Shown: piece by piece, positions 1-8,488 of the stretch | How the letters are laid out: the number at the start of each line of letters is the position of its first letter | Numbering within the stretch: the stretch's first letter is position 1 | NCBI GenBank assembly: GCA_046725935.1 | Contig: JBKOZO010000090.1 | Coordinates: 1-60,808 of the forward strand | Length of the DNA stretch: 60,808 nucleotides | From: Acidobacteriota bacterium | GTDB taxonomy: Bacteria; Acidobacteriota; Thermoanaerobaculia; UBA5066; Gp7-AA6 | Direction of reading: 5' to 3' | Translations under genes and position numbers: made by a program | The notes under the pieces: generated by a model | Told to the model about the DNA's origin: nothing | What the model saw: only the letters and a program-made list of their open reading frames with translations | Databases searched by the model: none

Positions 1-1739
1 GCGCTGACGTCGCCGAAAGCCCGCGCGATCTCGGGAGTCCCCATCGCCCAGAAGATCGGCATGCGCAGCTCTTCGGTGAGCTTTCGCACATCGCTCTCGT
101 TCGACTCGACCGCGAGCGCGAGGATTTCGAGCGAATCGCCATGGCGCTTCTTCACGTCGCCGAGCCAGCCCAGCGTGCCGCGGCACGGCGGGCACCAGGT
201 CGCCCAGAGCTCCACGAGCACGACTTTTCCAAGAAGTTCTTTACCCGCGATGCCGCGGCCGTCGAGCCCCTGGATCGTGAGCGCCGGAAACGCCGCGACG
301 CCCGCCGACGCGCGCGGGGCGGCCACCGCCCTCGCGTCCTCCTTTCGGCCGGCGAGCACGAGGCCGATCATGCGCGAGAGGTCGTCGTGGAAGCGCCGGT
401 GCGCCTCGGCGCTCTTCAAGGGAGCATACCGGCCGCCTTCCTCCTTCGCGTCCTTTCCGTAGAAGCCGAAGTCGTTGGGCGTCGCGACGAGAACGTCGTC
501 GACGAAGATCGCGGGATAGCGCGTGACGCCGAAGCGCTTCGCCAGATCGGAATCCCCGTAGTTCTCCGAGACGAAGCGCGCCTGTCCCCCGAACTCGGCC
601 ACCGCGCGCTGGGCCAGCAAACTTGCCGGGTCGGAGATGTTTCAGGTGTACGGCCAGCGCACCAGAGTGACCGTGACGCGCGCCGGCGGGCGCGGCGGCG
701 CGGGGCGGGCCGGCGAGAGGGCCGCGAAGTACGCCGGCAGGACTTCGGAGACGATCGCCGGGGCTCGCTCGAGAGCCGGCTTCTTCTCGTCGAGCTCGGC
801 CTGCGCGCTTTCGAGGAAGGTCCGGCCGATGGTGTGATCGACGCCCGGCGCGGCGAGCGCGCGATCGAGCTCGGCGACCCGCGCGGGCAGAGCGTCGGCC
901 GCGACGGACGGCGAGGCGGGGGAGAGCATGGCGACCGCCTGGACCGTCTCGAGGTACCGCAGCATCGCTCCGTACCGCAGGCCCGCGGCGTCGAGCTCGC
1001 GCGCTTCCTTCAAGCGCGAGCTCGCCGCGATGAAGTCCGGGTGGCGATCGATCGAGGCCGGAGGCCGGTAGGCGGCGAGAAGGCGCGCCTCGAGCGCGTC
1101 GAGCTCCGGACCGAGCGCCCTCAGGGCGGGCGCCTTGCCCGGAGCCGCTTCGGAGAGCCGGCGGCACAGCTCGACGAGCTCGCGCTGGGCGCGCGCCTCC
1201 CCGATGTAGAAGAGGCCGGCGTCCGGCATGGTGTTACGCGCGTACTCGAGGCTCGTGTCGTAGTACAGCTTGACCTGAGGCAGCGAGGCCTCGGCCGTGG
1301 CGCGCACGGCGGCGGGCCGAACGCCGTCGAGGGAAGACGCCGAGGGCATCACGAGATCCGCGCCCAGAACCCCGCCCATGCGCTCGCGCTCGCGCTCGAA
1401 CGCCGCTTCGTCCTTGCGCTCGCTTTCCGAGCGCTCGTCGACGTAGGCCGAGGCGGAAAGGAGCACCCGCGCGGCGGAGAGGCGCTGGAGTGCGAAGTAT
1501 CGGCGTCCGGACGCGAGCGCGGCGCGCGCCTCCGCGAGCGCCGGCTCGGTGACTTTCTGGACATGCGCCCAGTTTTCGTCGTTCGACCGGTGGTCCTTCA
1601 CGAAGCGGGACCAGCGGTCGATTTCCTCCGCCTGCGGGTCGGCGGATGCCCGCGAAGATGCGCGCGAGGAGGCCTGTGTGGCGAGCGTCGCCGCCGAGAT
1701 CGCGAGGGCCGCACCGAAGAAGGCTCGCCGGAGGCGCAT
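1..1739 (-). CDS. Probable selenoprotein: signal peptide + helical domain + thioredoxin-like domain (UxxS) + TlpA/ResA-like domain (WCPPC); 3' end lies outside the window
   Basis: ATG at 1739 (MRLRRAFFG). The UGA at 644-642 is codon 366, in the context VTVTLVRWPYT-U-NIS. The same frame continues 213 codons without a stop to the window edge, through FGVTRYPAIFVDD and VVLVELWATWCPPC (CPPC at 194-183). A SECIS-like hairpin follows the UGA. Confidence 0.85.
614..629 (-). promoter_or_regulatory. Candidate bacterial SECIS element
   Basis: 12 nt after the UGA: CCGGCA-AGUU-UGCUGG, a 6-bp stem with G at loop position 2. The geometry resembles the E. coli fdhF SECIS. Confidence 0.7.
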
Positions 1740-1860
1740 GGCTGTGTGCGACTTAAGCACAACTGCCTCGCGGGCGCCCCTCGTCCGTCTCGTCCGGCCG
1801 TTCGTCCGCGCCGCCGGGCCGATCGTGTCGGGATGGCACGACCGGGCGTAGGATCCCGCG

Positions 1861-2700
1861 GTGCCCCGGCCGCCGGACGCGACGTCGGAAAGAGTCGTTC
1901 TCGTGACGGGAGCGACGTCCGGAATCGGCCTCGAGACGGCGCGCGTGCTCGCGCGCGAAGGCGCTCTCGTCGTCCTCGGCGCGCGCGACCCGGTGCGCGG
2001 ACAGGCGACCGCCGACGAGATCGAGCGCGGCGGAGGCCGCGCCGAGGTTTTGCCGATCGACCTCGCGTCCTTCGTCTCGGTGCGGGAGGCCGCGCGGCAG
2101 TTCCTGGAGAAGCATCGCCGGCTCGACGTGCTCGTCAACAACGCGGGAGTCGCGCTTCGCTCGCGACAGGTCACGGCGGACGGCCACGAGCGGACCTGGG
2201 AGACGAACTTTCTCGGCGGCTTTCTTCTGACGCGCCTGCTGCTGCCGGCGCTGAAGGCCGCGCCGCGGCCCCGCATCGTCAACGTCAGCTCAGAGGCTCA
2301 TCGCACCGGAAGGATCGACTGGAGCAATCTCGAGCTCGAGAAGGGCTACGGCGCCTATCAGGCCTATGCGAACACGAAGCTCGGCCAGGTCCTCTTCACG
2401 CGCGAGCTCGCGCGGCGCGAGCCCCGGGTCAGCGTCAACGCCGTCCATCCCGGCACGATCGCCACGAACATCTGGCGCGAAGTGCCCGCGGGGCTGCGCT
2501 GGATCCCGCGCCTCATCTTCCCGTCGGCGGCCAGGGGCGCCGCTCCCGTCGTCCGCATGGCTTCCGCTCCGGAGCTCGAGGGAGTGACCGGGCGATACTT
2601 CAAGCGATTCCAGGAGGCCTCTCCGTCGTTTGCCGGCTCGAACGACGCGGATGCGGCCCGGCTCTGGGAGGTTGCCGAGAAGTCGACCGGCGCGCCCTGA
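1861..2700 (+). CDS. SDR family oxidoreductase (retinol dehydrogenase-like)
   Basis: TGATSGIG, VLVNNAG, YxxxK (YANTK), VNAVHPG; GTG start. Confidence 0.9.
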   Translation: MPRPPDATSERVVLVTGATSGIGLETARVLAREGALVVLGARDPVRGQATADEIERGGGRAEVLPIDLASFVSVREAARQFLEKHRRLDVLVNNAGVALRSRQVTADGHERTWETNFLGGFLLTRLLLPALKAAPRPRIVNVSSEAHRTGRIDWSNLELEKGYGAYQAYANTKLGQVLFTRELARREPRVSVNAVHPGTIATNIWREVPAGLRWIPRLIFPSAARGAAPVVRMASAPELEGVTGRYFKRFQEASPSFAGSNDADAARLWEVAEKSTGAP

Positions 2701-2787
2701 TCACCGGGAGTGGCCCGGGTCTTGCTCGGTTTGGTGTCGAGAATAGGTGCGCCCTGCACGCGGCGCCCGCACGAGAAAGGGGGCCTC

Positions 2788-3222
2788 ATGGCTGTCGAGC
2801 CACGCCGTGCTTCGGAGTTCGTCTACGCGATCACGCGGGTCATCCTCGGCCTTCTCTTCGCTTGCCATGGCGCGCAAAAGCTCTTCGGCGTGCTGGGGGG
2901 ACAGCGCGCCACCGAGCCTCTCATGATCTTCGGCGGCGCGATCGAGTTCTTCGGAGGAATTCTGATCGCGCTGGGCCTCGCGACGCGGGTCGCTGCCTTC
3001 CTGTCGTCCGGCGAGATGGCCGCGGCGTACTTCATGGCGCACGCGTCCGGAGGGTTCTGGCCGATACAGAACAAGGGAGAGCTCGCCGTGGTCTACTGCT
3101 TCGTCTTTCTGCTCATCGCGACGCTGGGCGGCGGACGCTACAGCATCGACGCCTTGATCCGCGCCCGCCGGCCGCCCGAGCACGGCCTCGGCGAGGCGGC
3201 GCTGCGCATGGCGAATCGTTAG
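2788..3222 (+). CDS. DoxX family membrane protein
   Basis: HGAQKLFG, EFFGGILIALG, NKGELAVVY motifs; the ATG at 2788 follows a purine-rich RBS. Confidence 0.85.
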   Translation: MAVEPRRASEFVYAITRVILGLLFACHGAQKLFGVLGGQRATEPLMIFGGAIEFFGGILIALGLATRVAAFLSSGEMAAAYFMAHASGGFWPIQNKGELAVVYCFVFLLIATLGGGRYSIDALIRARRPPEHGLGEAALRMANR

Positions 3223-3261
3223 GCAAGATGCCGATGGTGCGGGCTTCGTGCCCTCGAATTA

Positions 3262-4268
3262 CTAAGGCCGAGTCTGGTCTGCACTGCGGCTGCTAACCGA
3301 CGGGGACCGCTCTCTGCTGTCGTCGGGCGCGTCGAGCGCCCCTGAAAACGTCGCGCGCGGCATCGACGCCAGTGTCGCCGGCCAGCCCTGTCTCACGCTG
3401 GGCAGCTCCGGCCTCCACGAGCCCGCGTCGCGCAGCTTCCGGTTCGAGATGCGGAGCGACCGCGACATCAGCTCTCCGAGAGAACCCATCGCCCGCGTGA
3501 TCCAGGCCGGCGGAAACGTGGGAGGCGCCACGCCGAGAGTGTGCGCCAGGCTATCGAATACTCGCGATGCGTCACGGGCTCGTCGTCGGCGACGTTGTAG
3601 ATCCCCGCCGGCAGAGCCAGGGCCGCCGCTGCGGCACGCGCGGCGTCGTCGTGCGAGACCGACGAGATGAACGCCTGCGGAGGTCCCGGAAGCGGAGCGA
3701 AGCCGCGGCGCACCGAACGCACGAAGTCCTGGAGATGCCGCGCGTCCGGTCCGTAGAACGCGGCGAACCGCAGGACGACTCCGGTCCGTCCGGAACCCGA
3801 GAACTCTTCCGCGGAGCGCTCGGCGTCGAGGATCGTCCGGTTGTAGCGGACGGGTCGGACGGGATCGGTTTCGACAATCCAGTCCTCGCCGCGCGAGACG
3901 TAGATCGGTGCGAAGGACTCCTGGACGAACCGTGCGACGCCCGCGGCCGCGGCCTGTCTCGCGAGGAGGGTGGAGGCGATGCGGCGGATGCGGTCGTTCT
4001 CGCGCCAGGCTCCGGGCAGGAACATGCGGAAAGTCGAGGCCGGCATGTGCGTCGCGAGGTTCACGACGGCATCCTGGCCGGAAACCGCGCGCGCGACCGC
4101 GGTGGGATCGAACAGGTCGAGATCCACGGCGGCCGCGCCGGCGCTCTCGAGGGCGGCCCGCTTCTCGGGAGTTCGCGCCGCGGCCATGACGACGTGTCCC
4201 GCCTCGGCCAGCAGGGGAACGACGCGGCGTCCGACGACGCCGCTGGCGCCGGTTACGAGAACTCGCAA
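3262..4268 (-). pseudogene. NAD-dependent epimerase/dehydratase with a 1-nt frameshift near 3557 (real pseudogene or sequencing error)
   Basis: TTG start with GGAGG; VLVTGASGVVG. Restoring one T at TAT-TC (3557-3558) joins ORF 3468-4268 to ORF 3262-3531 as EYFDSLAHTLGVAPPTFP, giving 335 aa. Confidence 0.8.
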
Positions 4269-4290
4269 GTTCCTCCCCGGTATCTCCTCG

Positions 4291-4713
4291 CTATTCCAGC
4301 TTCGCGTCCATCGTGATGCGGGCGTTCAAGAGTCGGGAGACGGGGCAGTTTTTCTCGGCCGACTCGGCGGCCTGCCGGAAAGCGTCGCTGGAAGCTCCCG
4401 GGACCTTTCCGACGAGCTCGAGATGAGACTCGGTAATGGTCCAGCCGCCGCCGTCCTTGTCGAGCGAAACCGTCGCCGTCGTGCGCAGGCTCTCGGCGAC
4501 CAGTTTGGCTTTCCCGAGCTCGGCCGAAAGCGCCATCGTGAAACACCCGGCGTGGGCGGCCGCGACCAGCTCCTCGGGGTTGGTTCCCTTTCCCTCTTCG
4601 AAGCGGGTGGTGAACGAATACGACGTCTCCTGGAGAATTCCGCTGTCCGTCGAAAGCGATCCCTTGCCTGTCTTCAGGTCCCCGCGCCATTGCGCCGTTG
4701 CTCGCCGCTTCAT
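4291..4713 (-). CDS. osmC: OsmC family peroxiredoxin
   Basis: TNPEELVAAAHAGCFTMALS and NCPVSR; ATG at 4713 with AGGAGG. Confidence 0.93.
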   Translation of the reverse strand: MKRRATAQWRGDLKTGKGSLSTDSGILQETSYSFTTRFEEGKGTNPEELVAAAHAGCFTMALSAELGKAKLVAESLRTTATVSLDKDGGGWTITESHLELVGKVPGASSDAFRQAAESAEKNCPVSRLLNARITMDAKLE

Positions 4714-5029
4714 CGCCGTCCTCCTGTTGGAAGCCACTTTTCATTCAAGAATCGCGCCGGAAGAACGCCGGACGGGACGTTTCGTCACGGTTGACCGCGC
4801 GCATCCGGCGCCAATCGATTCGGCTTCGTGAACCGTCCCTCTGGTTCTCGGCCGCGGCGGTCGACGCTCTAGCTGTAGCCGGTCGCGGGCGTGAGAACGA
4901 CGATGCGATTCGATCGCTCGTCATCTCCTACAAGCTGCTCGGAACTCGGGAGTGAGCGCAGCGTTGGAATCTGACCGGTCCATCGGGGTCGAATCAGCGG
5001 CATTCATCCGAGCAAGCGCTCGCGACGGT

Positions 5030-7648
5030 CTACTCCGCGCGCAAGGCGGCCGCCGGGTCGATCCGGGCGGCACGTCGCGCGGGAACGTAGCTCGCGAGGA
5101 GCGCGATCGCGAGAAGGCCTGCGGCCACGGCGGCGTAGGTCGCGGGGTCCGTGGGCGGCACGCCGTAGAGCAGGCTGCGCATCATCCGCGTCAGGACGAG
5201 CGCCGCCGCGAGGCCGGCGAGGGCGCCGGCGGCGGCCACGGCCATCCCCTGTCCGACGATCAGCCGGAGCACTTCGGCCGGCCGGGCGCCCAGGGCCATG
5301 CGCACACCGATCTCACGCGAGCGTCTCGAGACCGCGTAGCTCATGACGCCGTAGATGCCGACCGCGGCCAGGAGCGCCGCCGCCGCCGCGAAGACCACGA
5401 GGAGCCACGTCTGGAAGCGCGCGCGTCCGTTGGCCTGCGACACGATCTCCGGCATCGTCTGGACCGCGGAGACCGGAAGTGTGGGATCGAGGCTCCGGAC
5501 GGCGGAGCGCAACGACGGGGCGAGGGAGGCCGGATCGCCGTCGGTCCGGACCACGAACGTGGCGTACGCCTCCTGCGGGTGGGGCGAATTCATCAAGGCT
5601 CGACGTTGGGGCAGCGCCAGGTAGGCCTCGTCTTCCGGCGACTCGCTCCACTCCGAGCGCACGACGTTGCGGACGACGCCGAGGACCGTGAGCCAGGAAG
5701 GGTCGTCGTCCGGACCGTCGAACGCGATGCGCTTTCCGATCGGATCCTCGCCCGGCCACGTGCGCATGGCCAGGAACTCGTTGACCAGGACGACGCCCGG
5801 CGCGTCGGCCGTGTCGCCCGGCGAAACGTCGCGGCCCCGCAGAATCGGAATCCGCATCGTCTCGAAGTAACCCGGCATCACCGCGCGATAGGTCGCCGTC
5901 GGCGTCTCGCCGGGCCTCGGAATCGGACGGCCCTCCACGAGATAGGGCAGGCCCCAGGTGTCGCCGGCGATCGGGACGTGATTGATCGCGCCGGCCGCGC
6001 GGACTCCGGGAATGGCCCGGAAGCGCTCCAGGATCTGCGGATAGAGGACCGCGCGGCGGCCGGGCGCCGCCTCGGAGGTGCCGGCCACGGAAACCTCGAG
6101 CGTGACGACGCCGCGGGGATCGAAGCCCGGATCGATCTTCTGGAGCGCGACGAAGCTGCGGGCCATCAGGCCCGCGCCCACCAGGAGAACGAGCGCGACC
6201 GCCACCTCGAGCGCGACGAATACGCGGCGCATCCGGCCGCTTTCGCGTCCCGCTCCCGCGGCTCCGCCTTCCTTGAGGGCGTGCTGGATGCGCGTGGCCG
6301 AGGCCTGGAGCGCGGGAGCCAGGCCGAACGCAACGCCCGTCAGGAGAGAGACGCCGAGGGTGGCGAAGAGGACGCGCAGATCCAGTCGGACGTCGTGGAG
6401 GCGCGGGATCGACTCGGGCGCGACGGCGAGCAACGCCTTCAGTCCCCATGCGCCGAGAGCGACTCCGGCCGCACCGCCCACACACGAGAGGACCAGCGAT
6501 TCGGTCAGCAGCTGCCGGATGAGCCGGCCCCGGCCGGCGCCGATCGCCGCCCGCAGCGCAATCTCGCGCTGCCGCGCCGATGAGCGCGCCAGAAGCATGT
6601 TGGCGACGTTGGCGCAGGCGATGAGGAGCACGAGCCCGACGGCGCCCAGGAGAACGAGGAGCGCGGGACGCACGTTGCCGACGACTTTCTCCTGCAAGGG
6701 AATCACGCGCACGTCGCGGTTGGTTCCGGGGAACTCGCGTTCGAGGACAGCCGTGACCGCCGCGACCTCGCGCGCCGCCGCCGCGACCGACACGCCTTTT
6801 CGCAGACGCGCGAAGACGCGCAGGCTCGAGCCCTCTCGGCTGCCCGCGCGTTTGGCGAGATCGAGCGGCGCCCACATCTCGGCATCCGTGGCCCAGAAAG
6901 GGGCGAACGCGAAGTCCGGCGGCATCACGCCGATGACGGCATAGCTCTCGCCGTTCAAGGTGACGGTCGAGCCGACGACGTTCGGATCACCGCCGAAGCG
7001 GCGCTTCCAGAGGCCGTGCGAGAGAAGGACGACGTGGTCGCGACCTGCGCTCCCCTCATCCCCGGAAAAGAAGCGGCCGGCGAGGGGAGCCACTCCCAGC
7101 ATCGGCAGTATCTCCGGCGTCATCCGCAGGGCCGAGAGCTTCTCCGGCGTGTCGCCGCTGGTGAGGTTGGCCGACCAGGCTTCCGCGGCCCCCATGCTCT
7201 CGAAGGAACGGGCGCGGGCTTTCCAGTCGAGAAAGTTGGCCGGAGCGACCGGGTTGTATCCGCGATGGAGCAGGACGACCAGGCGCTCGGGGTCGGCGTA
7301 GGCGAGGGGACGCAGCAGAATCGCGTTGACGACCGAAAGGATCGCGGTGTTCGCGCCGATCCCCAGCGCCAGTGTCAGGATCGCCACGGCCGCGAAGCCG
7401 GGGGAGCGGCGCAGCATCCGGAAGCCGTAGCGCATGTCGCGAGCGACCTCCGAAAGCCGCGGGAAGCGCCACTGCGCGCGCGTGACCTCCTTGACGAGCG
7501 CCTCGTTGCCGAGCTCGCGTCGGGCCGCGGCGAGGGCCTCCGCGGCCGTCTCTCCCCGGGCCACGCGATCGGCCGCAGCCATGCGGACGTGCGTCCGGAT
7601 TTCCTCGTCGAGCTCGCGTTCGCGCCGCCGCCGGAAAAGGTCGAGCAT
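5030..7648 (-). CDS. ADOP family duplicated ABC permease (MacB-like) with N-terminal permease-prefix extension
   Basis: TLALGIGANTAI, LLLIACANVANMLLAR, REIALRAAIGA, GIYGVMSYAV, EIGVRMALGA, terminal DPAAALRAE. Confidence 0.92.
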   Translation of the reverse strand: MLDLFRRRRERELDEEIRTHVRMAAADRVARGETAAEALAAARRELGNEALVKEVTRAQWRFPRLSEVARDMRYGFRMLRRSPGFAAVAILTLALGIGANTAILSVVNAILLRPLAYADPERLVVLLHRGYNPVAPANFLDWKARARSFESMGAAEAWSANLTSGDTPEKLSALRMTPEILPMLGVAPLAGRFFSGDEGSAGRDHVVLLSHGLWKRRFGGDPNVVGSTVTLNGESYAVIGVMPPDFAFAPFWATDAEMWAPLDLAKRAGSREGSSLRVFARLRKGVSVAAAAREVAAVTAVLEREFPGTNRDVRVIPLQEKVVGNVRPALLVLLGAVGLVLLIACANVANMLLARSSARQREIALRAAIGAGRGRLIRQLLTESLVLSCVGGAAGVALGAWGLKALLAVAPESIPRLHDVRLDLRVLFATLGVSLLTGVAFGLAPALQASATRIQHALKEGGAAGAGRESGRMRRVFVALEVAVALVLLVGAGLMARSFVALQKIDPGFDPRGVVTLEVSVAGTSEAAPGRRAVLYPQILERFRAIPGVRAAGAINHVPIAGDTWGLPYLVEGRPIPRPGETPTATYRAVMPGYFETMRIPILRGRDVSPGDTADAPGVVLVNEFLAMRTWPGEDPIGKRIAFDGPDDDPSWLTVLGVVRNVVRSEWSESPEDEAYLALPQRRALMNSPHPQEAYATFVVRTDGDPASLAPSLRSAVRSLDPTLPVSAVQTMPEIVSQANGRARFQTWLLVVFAAAAALLAAVGIYGVMSYAVSRRSREIGVRMALGARPAEVLRLIVGQGMAVAAAGALAGLAAALVLTRMMRSLLYGVPPTDPATYAAVAAGLLAIALLASYVPARRAARIDPAAALRAE

Positions 7649-7667
7649 GGAGACATCCTACAGCCAT

Positions 7668-7688
7668 GGATGTAGACCGCCTACATCC
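7668..7688. promoter_or_regulatory. Perfect 8-bp inverted repeat, candidate repressor operator upstream of the ADOP gene
   Basis: GGATGTAG-accgc-CTACATCC, in the expected -35 region of a minus-strand promoter whose -10 (TAGGAT) is at 7660-7655. Confidence 0.55.
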
Positions 7689-7689
7689 T

Positions 7690-7918
7690 CGGAGAGGGAT
7701 ACGCCCTCCTGGCCCTGAGGTTTCGCAGCGGGTTGACCCGTCCCCCGTCGCGGGCGTAGCCTTGTCGAGGCGCCGCACTCCGGCCGTCACCCGCCCGATC
7801 CGACCCCTCCTCGGATCCTCGGCGCGGGGAAAAGGGGGATGTCCCCGGAGATGGGTTGGTTTGTCTTTGACCGCGGCTGACGCGGGGAGGGGACGCGGCA
7901 ACCGCCGTCGAGGACGAC
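7690..7918 (+). ncRNA. Candidate structured 5' leader RNA (unassigned)
   Basis: At least 6 hairpins in ~230 nt; the last one (GTCG-AGGA-CGAC) overlaps the SD just before the ATG at 7919. Confidence 0.35.
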
Positions 7919-8488
7919 ATGCCGACCAACCTGAAGAAACTGGTTCGGGCCCGGATGGATAAGACGGGCGAGAGCTACGCCACGGCGCTGCGCTACGTAC
8001 GCCGGCGCGGCGCGAAGGTTCGACGCTCCGACGCTCCCGCGAAGGGCCCGATCCGTTCCCACCGCATTCGGTATCCCGGCGCCGTTCGCCGCGACCCGGC
8101 GATCGACGCCTTCGTCCGCTCGGTCGATGCGCCGCTCGGAGCCACGCTCTCGCGGCTCGTCTCTCTCATCCGCTCGGCCGTTGTCGGGCAGGACGAGGTC
8201 CTGTTTCGCGGCGCGCCTTCGTTCTGCCTCGAGGGCGAGCCGTTCTGCTACCTCGTCGGCTACGCCGGACACGTGAAGCTCGGCTTCTGCGATGGAGCCT
8301 CGCTTTCGGATCCCGCCGGATTGCTTCGAGGCAAGGGCAAGTACATGCGCCACGTGCGGCTGTCGCCCGGAGATCCCTTTCCGGCGGCCGCGATCGCGGA
8401 GCTCGTCGCGCAATCGGTGCGCCGCGTGCGCGCGCGCCAGCACGAAGATCCCCGCGGAGCCCGGGAGGTGCGCGATGCGAAGCGCTAG
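7919..8488 (+). CDS. DUF1801 (YdhG-like) protein with N-terminal KKLVRARMDKTGESY helical module
   Basis: The C-terminal PFCYLVGYAGHVKLGF...GASLSDPAGLLRGKGKYMRHV is typical of DUF1801. Confidence 0.75.
   Translation: MPTNLKKLVRARMDKTGESYATALRYVRRRGAKVRRSDAPAKGPIRSHRIRYPGAVRRDPAIDAFVRSVDAPLGATLSRLVSLIRSAVVGQDEVLFRGAPSFCLEGEPFCYLVGYAGHVKLGFCDGASLSDPAGLLRGKGKYMRHVRLSPGDPFPAAAIAELVAQSVRRVRARQHEDPRGAREVRDAKR

Noticed and set aside
1740-2282. 5' extension of ORF 642..2282
   Set aside because: Antisense to the SDR gene; the signal peptide begins at the ATG at 1739.
141-3296. 1051-aa plus-strand ORF and many other long Arg/Pro/Ala-rich ORFs (e.g. 18337-21219, 31407-33734 5' part, 34371-36770 5' part, 56174-58855)
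   Set aside because: Shadow frames of real genes in high-GC DNA; no family motifs, and they overlap well-supported CDSs.
4698-4955. 85-aa ORF in the osmC-ADOP gap
   Set aside because: No RBS or recognisable motif; might be a decayed fragment but cannot be supported.
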